Below are positions 9,695 to 18,622 of a stretch of DNA of 30,326 nucleotides, piece by piece. How positions within the stretch are numbered: the first letter of the stretch is position 1; every line of letters begins with the position of its first letter. The notes beneath the pieces were generated by a model. The model saw only the letters and a program-made list of their open reading frames with translations, did not search any database and had not been told where the DNA came from. Source of the stretch: a virus (taxonomy: Duplodnaviria; Caudoviricetes). The translations under genes and the position numbers were made by a program. The stretch covers positions 1-30,326 of IMG/VR virus record IMGVR_UViG_3300030433_000533, one strand, 5' to 3'.

Positions 9695-10305
9695 TAAATG
9701 TAATCCCCCACACTTGCCCGTCCGCTATAACCAAAGTTGTGTAGCGTACCTGTAGCAAAGTTACTATTTGTGCTACGCATACGGGTAGGGTCTTGATAAT
9801 AACCCAACCCTGCGGATGCTATATCAGTACCAAGTTCCAAAATGCTCGGACCAGCAACTGGTGCTATCTGTGCATTACGCGACAGGTAGTTTAGATACGC
9901 CATCTCACGGTTCGATGACATTTCTTGAACCATATCGGTCTGATATTGCTCTAACCGTGCGCCAGCTACACTACTTTGGAAACGAATATCTTTGAAAAAA
10001 GTATCAGGACTGGCACCAGTTAAACCAAACTGATCGAGGCCCATTTGATCTAATTCAGCTTGAGTGCGTCCCTGTGTTTGTTTCTTTTCGACCGCTACCT
10101 CAAACTGTTTAGCACCAATTTTCCTACGTTCTTGAGCTTGTTTCCTATCGATGGCTTTCAGTTGTGATTTGTATGCGGCATAAGCAGAATCATCGATACG
10201 TTGGTTCGTTCGTTGTTGTGCTTTAGCCATATCATTTGCCGCCACAAAACCTGTTACAGCACTCACAACTCCAAGTGCTAAAGTGGCTTCGGCAACACCA
10301 CACAT
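9694..10305 (-). CDS. Internal virion protein, gp14-like
   Basis: MC start, hydrophobic Ala/Gly N-terminus, Gln/Ala-rich coiled coil, about 200 aa; synteny. Confidence 0.75.
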   Translation of the reverse strand: MCGVAEATLALGVVSAVTGFVAANDMAKAQQRTNQRIDDSAYAAYKSQLKAIDRKQAQERRKIGAKQFEVAVEKKQTQGRTQAELDQMGLDQFGLTGASPDTFFKDIRFQSSVAGARLEQYQTDMVQEMSSNREMAYLNYLSRNAQIAPVAGPSILELGTDIASAGLGYYQDPTRMRSTNSNFATGTLHNFGYSGRASVGDYI

Positions 10306-10797
10306 TTACGAACACTCCTTCAAAAATAAATAAAAATCTTCACCGTTGAAACCATATTTATGAGAGGTCACAACATTAAACCCGCACATCTGTAGCCACT
10401 TCTGACTTTGCCAGTGCGGGACATGAACAAAATTGTACAGAGCCTCATAGTCTCTGCTTATATGCTTAACCCAATCCCTGCTAAATCGAGCAACCTTAAC
10501 ATAAAGGTTTTCGATAGCAGGTGTAGCGACTAACCAAGGTATTCCAAAGTTGTCTACAATTTGAGAGTCACTTACACCCCAAACAGCAATGACATTACCC
10601 TCTAAGACGAGAGAATACTTTTCTTTGGATACGCTCGAAGAATATTCAACAGCGTCTAAAGTTGTCTTACCCGGTCCCATAATCGCTGCGAGTTCTAATA
10701 CGTCACTGTCTCGCAGGTTTGGGACAATGTTTTCTACATCTTTCTCTTCTAATGGGCGTACATACAAATCTAAATCGTTAGCAGTAATTTTTGGCAA
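10306..10797 (-). CDS. gp13-like protein (GNAT/acetyltransferase-like fold)
   Basis: LRDSDVLELAA...VIAVWGV...PWLVAT...LYNFV...KWLQMCGF pattern; directly after tail tube B; TTG start. Confidence 0.8.
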   Translation of the reverse strand: MPKITANDLDLYVRPLEEKDVENIVPNLRDSDVLELAAIMGPGKTTLDAVEYSSSVSKEKYSLVLEGNVIAVWGVSDSQIVDNFGIPWLVATPAIENLYVKVARFSRDWVKHISRDYEALYNFVHVPHWQSQKWLQMCGFNVVTSHKYGFNGEDFYLFLKECS

Positions 10798-10798
10798 T

Positions 10799-12880
10799 TT
10801 ATAGCCGTTTCGTTCTAGTTTGATAGTTGCCTTCCCACTCAGCTTGTATGAATTGAGCAGGGAGATACGAACTGGTTTTTAAATCAATAGTAAAATCTTC
10901 GTTCTTAGACATGATCGGTACTCGAAACGAACCTGTATCCAGCGATACCCTGTCTGGCTGTGCGCCCGGTAAGCTGACCTGTTTATGATCGAAGGTGTAG
11001 GTTTTGAGGGATCGACCGACAGGTTGTACCTCTACCTCGAAGAACCCTGTGTCTTCGTAAGAGATGGTGTATCGACGCATCTGTAAGCGACCTGTCTGTA
11101 CCGTCATCTTCTCACCGATAGAAGTCGATACGCCCGTAGACTCTCGCACGTACTGCTTGCTGAATCTGTATTGCAGGGCATAGGGGATGCCTAACAGAAA
11201 CACCTGACCGCTGTGGTCGCCTGAAGACGTTACAGTAGTTGTCGTAGGTCTGGCAGTTGTGACGCTTGTCCCTGCGTCTGCACCTGTTCCACGTTTTACA
11301 GCGGTAACGGCTGTGTCTGTCGCAAGCGTGTAGGGCAGGGTCCATGTCGTCAGGTCTGTGCCTGCATCGTATGAACCTGTTAAGGCAGTCTTGCGGTCAA
11401 TCCTTGCACTGAAAGTCAGGTTCGTATCGTTTGGACACTGGTAGTCTAACGTCTCTATGTAGACGCCATCAGATCGCGAGACCACCATGTACGTTAAGTT
11501 CTCTACAATCTCTAACCATAGGATCGTATCGGCAGAGTCGAACTCGTAGAATGACCATGCAGCTTGTGTCTTCTCGTTGCCTGACCAGTTGTACTTATAG
11601 CAGTAGATACGGTTTCTGTTCTCTGTGGTCAGGAAGTATATAAGTTCTTCAGACGATGACGCAGCGGCTCTGTAAAGGTTCTTAGGTACGTACTCAGGAA
11701 CGTGAGACGTAACGTCTGCCGCATCATGTGTGCTTAGATCAGTTGCTATGAACAGTTCTCTGACCTTCGAGAACTCTCCGTTCACCTGTGCAAAATAAAC
11801 ATTCACCCCTGACGCAACTGGTGGAAGTACCGTATCCATCTCAAACTCAGACGCAGGGTTGATTGAGATCGATCCAGCGGTCAACGATCCAGAACTTTCT
11901 ACAAAGAACTGGCTGGTAGAGGTGAAGAGGAGAAGCTGTTCGTTAAAAGGTACAGCGTGTTCGACTTCTGATATCTTCGTATGCGTCACATCGATGTCGA
12001 TTGGATCGCTGTCAACGAGTGACGTAACGGTGGTACGGAAGAAGTTTTTATGCTCACCGGACTCAGAGAAAACAACGCTCTCGTCTGCAACCAATCCAAA
12101 CCTGTTCTTGAAGAAGAACATGGCATTCAGCTTCTTGCCTATAAAACCTGGGTCTTCGTTTGTGTCACCGTCACCACAGAGGCGGTCAGTCCACGTTTCC
12201 TTGTCATAGGTAAAGTTCGATCCTGACTGCGTGAATACGTGAGGCATCGTCAAGGCATCGATTTTAAACTCGTTGTTAGGAGCAACGATCTCCTCATACA
12301 CAGCGCCGCTCTGGAACTCGACAAAGAATGTAGAGAACTTGTCTGTGCTATCGCCTATGACTTTAAAGATGTCTCCTGTACTGACAGACGTTGTAGGCAG
12401 GTCTTCAAACTTCTGCTTTTCCGTAAAGACTACGTTTGGCGAAAGCTGAGTAGACATGGCTACGGTCTTGGTGCGGTTCAGTACATAGGTCTCGTCCAAG
12501 ACTGTTAAGAACCGTAGGTCAGACTTTGGATCAGGGCATACGAGATACGACAAGTCCGCGGTGGATACCGTAACGGTAGACTCTGCCCCCGTATCTGCAT
12601 TGAATATCTTAACACTGGTTCCAGAGAGGGTGTTATCACTCTGTACAACTACTAAGAACCTGTTGTTCACCCCTCGGTTAATCATATGTGCGCCAATGTT
12701 AGAGGCAGCAGATGTGAGGATTTTAGCTACGTGTTCGCTAGCTGGACGTTTGTTCAATCCTTTCTGAATGGAGGACTGTGCGTTTATCTGTATCTCACCT
12801 TGGTAGGGTTTCCGTACTTGGTCTGGTTGCTGGGATATCCCGTGAACCATGAAAGGTATGGAATCGGATACAAGCGTCAT
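10799..12880 (-). CDS. Tail tubular protein B / nozzle (gp12-like)
   Basis: GISQQPD, GLNKRP, MPH, FFKNRFG, FFRTTV...DSDPID and QAAWS motifs. Confidence 0.93.
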   Translation of the reverse strand: MTLVSDSIPFMVHGISQQPDQVRKPYQGEIQINAQSSIQKGLNKRPASEHVAKILTSAASNIGAHMINRGVNNRFLVVVQSDNTLSGTSVKIFNADTGAESTVTVSTADLSYLVCPDPKSDLRFLTVLDETYVLNRTKTVAMSTQLSPNVVFTEKQKFEDLPTTSVSTGDIFKVIGDSTDKFSTFFVEFQSGAVYEEIVAPNNEFKIDALTMPHVFTQSGSNFTYDKETWTDRLCGDGDTNEDPGFIGKKLNAMFFFKNRFGLVADESVVFSESGEHKNFFRTTVTSLVDSDPIDIDVTHTKISEVEHAVPFNEQLLLFTSTSQFFVESSGSLTAGSISINPASEFEMDTVLPPVASGVNVYFAQVNGEFSKVRELFIATDLSTHDAADVTSHVPEYVPKNLYRAAASSSEELIYFLTTENRNRIYCYKYNWSGNEKTQAAWSFYEFDSADTILWLEIVENLTYMVVSRSDGVYIETLDYQCPNDTNLTFSARIDRKTALTGSYDAGTDLTTWTLPYTLATDTAVTAVKRGTGADAGTSVTTARPTTTTVTSSGDHSGQVFLLGIPYALQYRFSKQYVRESTGVSTSIGEKMTVQTGRLQMRRYTISYEDTGFFEVEVQPVGRSLKTYTFDHKQVSLPGAQPDRVSLDTGSFRVPIMSKNEDFTIDLKTSSYLPAQFIQAEWEGNYQTRTKRL

Positions 12881-13488
12881 ATGTTATATTTCCTAGAGCC
12901 AGTGCGGCGAAGAACTCGATACACACCCCAGTTTCCTGTGAGCATGTTTGCATCTTCAGAGCGAGAGTCGGATTGCTCTAGCTGTACCAGAGCTTCTGTC
13001 TCATCGATCTGTGTAAATCCGTTAAGGCTATCAGAACCAAAGACACGGTTTTGAAAACGTCTAGCTGCCTTGATTGTAATCAGGCGTCTTGCTGGTTGGG
13101 GGAGATCATCCCAAGGAAGAATTAGGATCAGATCGACATACTGTGGATCAGTAAATGTGAACGTCTGATTTTCACGGTCATAGAGTTTTGTACCTCTAAT
13201 CACGACATCTTTATCTGCCGTACTCCCTCTATTAGAGGAATCGACATACACGGCATTCGCAGGGATGTTTACGTTGCCGTCAGTATCTGGATTGATTTTG
13301 AAATTGTACTCTCTGTTGAAGTTCCATCCTGTTGACTGAACATCAACGACAGTCTCATCTAATATATTTTTAGCGGCAGTCACATCTTCCAGAGAGTTAT
13401 TCTCCAGTGTAGATACGGGAGCTTCACCGATTGTGCTTATGATCGTGTTGACTGCCTCTAGTTCCGTAGTCGGATAAAGTTGTCCCAT
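12877..13488 (-). CDS. Tail tubular protein A / adaptor (gp11-like)
   Basis: TELEAVNTIISTIGEAPV, VQSTGWNFNRE, KLYDRENQTF, WDDLPQPARRLITIKAARRFQ. Confidence 0.93.
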   Translation of the reverse strand: MGQLYPTTELEAVNTIISTIGEAPVSTLENNSLEDVTAAKNILDETVVDVQSTGWNFNREYNFKINPDTDGNVNIPANAVYVDSSNRGSTADKDVVIRGTKLYDRENQTFTFTDPQYVDLILILPWDDLPQPARRLITIKAARRFQNRVFGSDSLNGFTQIDETEALVQLEQSDSRSEDANMLTGNWGVYRVLRRTGSRKYNI

Positions 13489-13500
13489 TTAAATTCCTAA

Positions 13501-13533
13501 AAGAAAGTGGGGAGCCTACGAGAGACCCCCCAC
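13501..13533 (-). terminator. Intrinsic terminator after the capsid gene (T-phi-like position)
   Basis: Minus strand GTGGGGGG-TCTCTCGTAGG-CTCCCCAC followed by TTTCTT, about 20 nt after the capsid stop. Confidence 0.75.
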
Positions 13534-13551
13534 AGTTTAAGACACTGCTCC

Positions 13552-14705
13552 TTACGGGGCAGCAGTCCGAATTTGTACAGCCGCTTCTGGGCGGAGAACG
13601 TCGTGACCCATAGCGTATTTGGCTACCATGAGCGTGCCTTGGCGGCGAATGTCGTATTCCATCTCGACAGCCAAATCCATGAGCTTGACCGTTCCGACAG
13701 CACTCGGATGCATGACAAGTGCAACCGTGTTACGCGCATCCACAACGGCGGACGCAACAGAGCCACCCGCATCAACGCCCGTACCAGTAATATTGGTAGT
13801 CGGGAGGTGAGGGGTCTTAATGAGGTTGATACCTGCAAGTTGCGGTACAACACCAGCGGCAATGGAACCCATGCCACTGAAGTCTACGTTGATCGCGTTA
13901 CTTGCGTTAGCCAAGAGGTAGTATTGCTCTGGCTTCAGGAAGCAGAAACGATCTTCGGCAGGTACAAAATTGTCATCAAGTGCTTCAGCCGCATCGAAGA
14001 TTGCAGTAATCAGATCAGCAGCAGCGGTATTGGAGTTGGTCGATGTGATGATCGTACCTGACGGGTAACTGGTATCACCGACGTTTGCTGTGCTTGTCTT
14101 TGCAGCTTTAGCAATGACTTGCAGTACGTGCTTGTCCATCTGGAACGCAAGAGCGCGGCCCATCTCGGTCGTGTACACACTGCGGACATCGTAGTGGTTC
14201 TTAGCTTCTTGGATTGATGCTAAGAAATGGTGGCTAATAAGAAGATCGTTAATAGTGATAATCTTCTCATTATGGTTAAGTGTGGAACCTACGATTTCGT
14301 TGCCGGGTGTATGGTACTCGGCGGACGAACGTCCCATTCATCACACTACAGCTTTCGCTGCCAGATATACTGTTTGTGCGCTGGACTTTCTCTTCATCTC
14401 TGAGAGATGCCTCCCGTAAAGTCTCTACACCTTCCCCGTAGGGCTTGGCTCGGGATTACCGGACTAAAGGCTTCCCCGAATTTGAGAGGTTTTCGGCTAG
14501 ATGTCACCACCTAGCTAGGCAATATATTTACCGGGAACTGTGCCGACTTTCCTGAAGGAATGGAGCGAACCATGTGTTTGTCGGCAGTAACGGTGTACTG
14601 CTCGAAACTGGTAAGAACTTCACCAGCCCAAACTTTCAAGAAAAGGGCATCTGCGGTTCCAGCATTATTAACCTTGCCAAGATCAGAGATCGTAGCGTTA
14701 GACAT
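13552..14705 (-). CDS. Major capsid protein (gp10-like), two exons: 14705..14530 and 14338..13552; 320 aa after splicing
   Basis: Exon 1 ALFLKVWAGEVLTSF...RSIPSGKSAQFP and exon 2 MGR...YHTPG...ITINDLLIS...YDVRS...MGRALA...KYAMGHDVLRPEAA are both T7-like capsid. The join CCG GT|A ATG GGA is in frame (176+787=963 nt). Confidence 0.93.
14339..14529 (-). ncRNA. Group I self-splicing intron, IC3-like, ORF-less, 191 nt
   Basis: Exon ends in U and intron ends in G; core elements P AAAUUCGGGGAA, Q AAUCCCGAGC, R GUAGAGACUUUA, S AAGAGAAAGUCC; helices P1-P10 can be paired by hand; removal restores the capsid frame. Confidence 0.92.
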
Positions 14706-14736
14706 TTCTTATAGTCCTAAGATTAAAATGTTGGAA

Positions 14737-14762
14737 ATAATTCCGAAGTTACCTTCGGTTTT
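14737..14762. promoter_or_regulatory. Palindromic motif copy 2 (upstream of major capsid)
   Basis: ATAATT-CCGAAG-TTAC-CTTCGG-TTTT, about 30 nt before the capsid ATG. Confidence 0.75.
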
Positions 14763-14838
14763 AAAGTGTGTGCTTACTCCACTTTTCTCACAGATTGTCC
14801 TCCGTAGAGGGTCATAGGTACTCAGATTTGTAATGCAG

Positions 14839-15591
14839 TTAAGAAGCGAGCGGGCCTGATCTAGCCAACCGCTCCTCGACCGCTGCCCTGTAAGCAGGGT
14901 CAGCTTTATACTGATCCGAAGACATATCCCTAGAGACCTGCGCCCATGAATCGTAGATATCACCTTGATGATATTCAGAGGCACCATGACGTAGGTTAGG
15001 GGCTTGCCCGAAATCAGCCTGATAACGACTATGCAGACCGCGTACAGCCATCATAATCGCGTCTCTGTTACCGCTTTGCATAGCGGCGTTGTACTGTTCT
15101 TGTTCGCCTTCTGATAGGTTCTGTGATGCCCAGTTCACCATGTCACCATACGACTCTGAGCCACCAGCAATACTCTCCGCTTCTGAGCGAAGTTGGTTTC
15201 CTACAGCAGACTGACCAGCAATATAGCTATCAACAATATCGCGAGGAATGCCAGCACGTTCCAGTTGGTCATAACGGTCTTCACTAAGTTTCTGGTCTCG
15301 ACCAAACTCGCTCGCCATTTCTTCAAAATTAAGCGAAGTTTGTGGTTCGCTGACATCACTCTGAACTTGAGGCACTTCCAGCGTTTCTGGATTCGGTTCT
15401 GCAAGTTGCTGATTAGCTCTTGTATTTTGAGCTTCAAGTTCTGCATACGCTTTTGCTAAATCCTCCGCGCTATTAAATTTTTCAGGGAGCCACTGAGGTC
15501 GTTCAGGCGCTTCTTGTGGTTGCTCCACAGCTTCTTCGACGGGAGCGTCCGGTCCTGTTTCAGCGGCTTGAATTACTACTTCTTCAACCAA
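14839..15591 (-). CDS. Capsid assembly scaffolding protein (gp9-like)
   Basis: ERPQWLPEKFNSAEDLAKAYAELE, AGGSESYGDMVNWASQNLS, MSSDQYKADPAYRAAVEERLARS; acidic; TTG start. Confidence 0.9.
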   Translation of the reverse strand: MVEEVVIQAAETGPDAPVEEAVEQPQEAPERPQWLPEKFNSAEDLAKAYAELEAQNTRANQQLAEPNPETLEVPQVQSDVSEPQTSLNFEEMASEFGRDQKLSEDRYDQLERAGIPRDIVDSYIAGQSAVGNQLRSEAESIAGGSESYGDMVNWASQNLSEGEQEQYNAAMQSGNRDAIMMAVRGLHSRYQADFGQAPNLRHGASEYHQGDIYDSWAQVSRDMSSDQYKADPAYRAAVEERLARSGPLAS

Positions 15592-15736
15592 CTAAATCAC
15601 CCTTCATAATGAGTGTTCCATTTGCTTTCTGATACTGAACACCCGGCTCGGCATCCATTGATCCCGGCCATAGAGGGTACTCAGTCTTCTCTTCAATCTT
15701 CTCTTCTTTTTTGACGGGTTTCTTATTCTCTACCAT
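15584..15736 (-). CDS. Small hypothetical protein (50 aa)
   Basis: Manual translation MVENKKPVKKEEKIEEKTEYPLWPGSMDAEPGVQYQKANGTLIMKGDLVG; TAATG overlap upstream, 8-nt overlap with the scaffold start; fills the gap exactly. Confidence 0.6.
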   Translation of the reverse strand: MVENKKPVKKEEKIEEKTEYPLWPGSMDAEPGVQYQKANGTLIMKGDLVG

Positions 15737-16569
15737 TACCTTTTCTTCTTCTTCTTAGGTTTCTTGTAATCTGTCGTGAACGTGCCTGTTTTCCCGGTAA
15801 CAGGATTTGTGAATTTAAAGGTTCCTCCCGCTCCCTGCTTTTTTCGTTCAGCCGCAAACTTCTTCTCAAAAGCTATACGTACTTGAGACTTACCCTTCCC
15901 CTTCTGCGGTCCACCACTACCTGCGGCGTTAGCGCGTAATTTATCAACAGGATGTGTGGTGACTGTACGTGTCTTTGGCGCATTTAACCTTCGCATGGAA
16001 GCTGCCATATCCATCTCGAATTTGGATTCAGCTACAGGTGAAGAAGCTTTGCGCTGCGGTCGAACGGAGACTGGTACATTGGACCCTGCGTTTGAGAGAG
16101 GCACAGAGGGTCTGTTACCAAACTTGTTCATCTCCTCTATAGCTCTACGAGTGTTAGCTTTCCAAGTTGCCCTGCCCATGTATCCTTTCTTTGGATTCAT
16201 ATCCCCAAATTCAGGATCAAATTTCATCGGGTTTGCTTTGAGATATCTCTGCGATTTCCGTAGAGCATTCATCCCAGACTTGTCTAGCTGACTGCCAACA
16301 TACCCAATTGCAGAGAAAGCGCCTGCCTGAAGACCTCGACCAAGAAGTTGACGACCTAAACCCGGTCCTTTCGGAGTCGTAGGAGAAATCCGGTCTGCTT
16401 GGTTAGCTCTTAGAGTTGTGTTGGAAACTTTCTTGTTATTCTTCTTTTTAGTGCGGCGTTGTTTACGTTTCTGCGTAGCACCATCAGTGTTAAAGTAATC
16501 TGTACCGCTTACGTTACCGGTCGGTTTATAAGTAGAACCGCCGCGACCTCCATACCTAACTTTCGACAT
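15736..16569 (-). CDS. Highly basic hypothetical protein between portal and scaffold
   Basis: Start likely ATG 16569 (MSKVRYGGRGG, GGAGG upstream) rather than 16593; very Lys/Arg-rich with a poly-Lys tail. Confidence 0.7.
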   Translation of the reverse strand: MSKVRYGGRGGSTYKPTGNVSGTDYFNTDGATQKRKQRRTKKKNNKKVSNTTLRANQADRISPTTPKGPGLGRQLLGRGLQAGAFSAIGYVGSQLDKSGMNALRKSQRYLKANPMKFDPEFGDMNPKKGYMGRATWKANTRRAIEEMNKFGNRPSVPLSNAGSNVPVSVRPQRKASSPVAESKFEMDMAASMRRLNAPKTRTVTTHPVDKLRANAAGSGGPQKGKGKSQVRIAFEKKFAAERKKQGAGGTFKFTNPVTGKTGTFTTDYKKPKKKKKR

Positions 16570-18133
16570 TTTGTGATAGTCCTCCAGACTCAATCATTTG
16601 TTTAGCCGCAGGACCAGCAGCACCTTTGACGCCTTCGACCATAGCGGTCTGCATCATTTGCTGTTGTTGCATTTGCTGCATAAGTTGCGCCATCTCTTGT
16701 TCAGATCGCACAAGTCCTTCAACTTCTATACCGTGTCCCGTTGCGAGACGTTTAATAAGATCACCAGTGTTAATTCTTTGAATAGACTGGGGTGACGCTC
16801 CAGTAAGCTGAATGAGATCGGAGAGAAAACTCTTCAACTTCTGGAGGTCATTGCCCCTACCCAATGCGGCGGTGCCTGTAACAATGACAGGTCTTACCGC
16901 GCCTTTTGGAAGCGTTGGTATTTGTCCCTTAGACTGCATTCGTTTGATGAGGACACTTACCAAAGGCAGTTGGAACTCGACGGAAAGGAGAGAATAAACG
17001 CCGGATAAACTCTGTTCCAATTGCTCTGCCATGAAGCGGATTTCTTCCGCTGTCACCCGGTCAGCTTTACGCTGTATTGATTCGTTGAGGAGAAAAACGA
17101 ACTTCAAGCGTTCTTCTATACGCTGGACCGAATCTAGTACGACACGCATGTCGTTGTATTTATTTGTCTGAAGAACGGCTACGTCATTAGCATCACCTGT
17201 AACAACGTCACCATTGTTAGCATCAGAAAGGTCAGACTTTCTGGTTGTAGCATTTGGCCTCACTAAGAAAACGAGCTTAGAGGCAGCGGCAGCGAACTCC
17301 ACCAGAGCTTGTGTCAGTGCTTCAAGACTCTTCAGATCGCCGTGTACTTCTTCGCAGAAACTTCTGCCATAGTCTTCACCATCGACACGTACCATTCGCA
17401 ATGCCATCCAAGGCAGGCTATCGGCAGGGTATTCGCCATAGCTGTCAGGCAGAATGACATCATCGATTTCTTGGTAGACCTGATACCTGTCCTCGACCTT
17501 TACGATCTTGGTGAAGAGAGGGATGGCGTCAGTGTTTGAATAACTGTTTGATAGCTGTGCATCTACGGCAGCTTGTGACTCAAGCGGAGTAGTCCCGCCC
17601 ATTTCTTCCCGCGAGACCATCTCTTTGACGATGATCTCTAGTATCTTACCGTCAGGATCGCGACGGCATACGTAGTTCGTAATCGGGAATATCTTCAGTG
17701 CGCCAGTTGGCGGAAGATGTATAAGAACATTACCCGTGATGAGTAGGTGTTTCAGAGCTTCAAAGACGGATACTCTAATAGCCTGCGCTTCAATCTCATC
17801 CATCACCTCGCGCTCGATCTTCGACAAAGCTGACTCAACTTCCGCTTTTACTTGCGGATTGTTGTTGAGTTCCTGTGACGTTTCGTTGTCAGGCATCAAC
17901 CTGAAGAACGGCACGTTAGGTGGGAGGAGGAGCATCAATAGTTTTGATGCAAGATTGTTTACGCCTCTAGCACCTACCGATTGATAGGGAGTGTATAGAT
18001 CGGTGCTAGAGGTAAACCCTTCTGGTGGGAGAAGTGCAGGTATTGTGAGTTCTGAGACTTCTCGCGCTCTGTCTAGGTATCTTTCTCGTTTGCCTTCGAG
18101 TTTGTTGTACCTAGCGGAGCAACCTAAAACCAT
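16556..18133 (-). CDS. Portal / head-tail connector (gp8-like)
   Basis: PYQSVGARGVNNLASKL, PFFRL, GEDYGRS, RVTAEEIR, LSGVYSLLSVEFQLPLV, ALGRGNDL. Confidence 0.97.
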   Translation of the reverse strand: MVLGCSARYNKLEGKRERYLDRAREVSELTIPALLPPEGFTSSTDLYTPYQSVGARGVNNLASKLLMLLLPPNVPFFRLMPDNETSQELNNNPQVKAEVESALSKIEREVMDEIEAQAIRVSVFEALKHLLITGNVLIHLPPTGALKIFPITNYVCRRDPDGKILEIIVKEMVSREEMGGTTPLESQAAVDAQLSNSYSNTDAIPLFTKIVKVEDRYQVYQEIDDVILPDSYGEYPADSLPWMALRMVRVDGEDYGRSFCEEVHGDLKSLEALTQALVEFAAAASKLVFLVRPNATTRKSDLSDANNGDVVTGDANDVAVLQTNKYNDMRVVLDSVQRIEERLKFVFLLNESIQRKADRVTAEEIRFMAEQLEQSLSGVYSLLSVEFQLPLVSVLIKRMQSKGQIPTLPKGAVRPVIVTGTAALGRGNDLQKLKSFLSDLIQLTGASPQSIQRINTGDLIKRLATGHGIEVEGLVRSEQEMAQLMQQMQQQQMMQTAMVEGVKGAAGPAAKQMIESGGLSQNVES

Positions 18134-18145
18134 AAATTTTCCCTG

Positions 18146-18385
18146 TTAAACAGTGGTGGTGGTGTTGGCTTTCTTCTTGGTGCCGGGAATGCTGAGAGCG
18201 CCCGTTCCTACATCAAGCCCGCCTTCGTTTACCGCTCCGGTGTCCTGTTGTACTTCGTCTGCCGACGCCACTACGGTTTCTTCACCTTCAGGTGTACGAG
18301 TTTTAAGGATTGGCGCTGGTTCAGGTGCTTCTTTCTCGACAATTACAGGCTGTGCCGCAGGTGCCGAAGGTGCTGACATGCACAT
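18146..18385 (-). CDS. Small virion protein (gp6.7/7.3-like position)
   Basis: MCM start, Pro/Ala-rich, ends with an LSIP motif; immediately upstream of the portal. Confidence 0.6.
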   Translation of the reverse strand: MCMSAPSAPAAQPVIVEKEAPEPAPILKTRTPEGEETVVASADEVQQDTGAVNEGGLDVGTGALSIPGTKKKANTTTTV

Positions 18386-18592
18386 TTATTCTGTCCTCTC
18401 TTGTAAATGGAGTACCCAATCGACGACAGACCGTTGACCAGCCCTGTAGTAGAAGTCTTTCAACTCTTCATGATATTTTGGAGAGATGTTTGGAAAGGCT
18501 TTGTCTAATAGTTCTATGAGTTCGTCTACGTTATCGGGTAACGCTTCTAATTCCGAAGCTGACTTCGGATTTATTGATATGTTCACTGACAT
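18386..18592 (-). CDS. Conserved small phage protein
   Basis: LIELLDKAFP...YRAGQRSVVDW pattern typical of the gene preceding the structural module in T7-like phages. Confidence 0.7.
   Translation of the reverse strand: MSVNISINPKSASELEALPDNVDELIELLDKAFPNISPKYHEELKDFYYRAGQRSVVDWVLHLQERTE
18548..18572. promoter_or_regulatory. Palindromic motif copy 3 (in CDS, start of structural module)
   Basis: TAATT-CCGAAG-CTGA-CTTCGG-ATTT. Confidence 0.7.
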
Positions 18593-18622
18593 AAAATTAA
18601 ATTGGTTTCCTTAATTGGTCCC

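Noticed and set aside
13489-13560. T7 10B-like frameshift extension of the capsid
   Set aside because: No slippery sequence near the stop and only 63 nt, containing a terminator, before tail tube A.
14338-14705. Capsid pseudogene, assembly error or two separate genes (64 aa + 261 aa)
   Set aside because: The insert has a complete group I fold with correct U/G boundaries and its removal restores the frame; the exon 2 ATG has no SD.
14709-14987. 92-aa minus-strand ORF upstream of capsid
   Set aside because: Half overlaps the scaffold out of frame and crosses the regulatory leader; no coding features.
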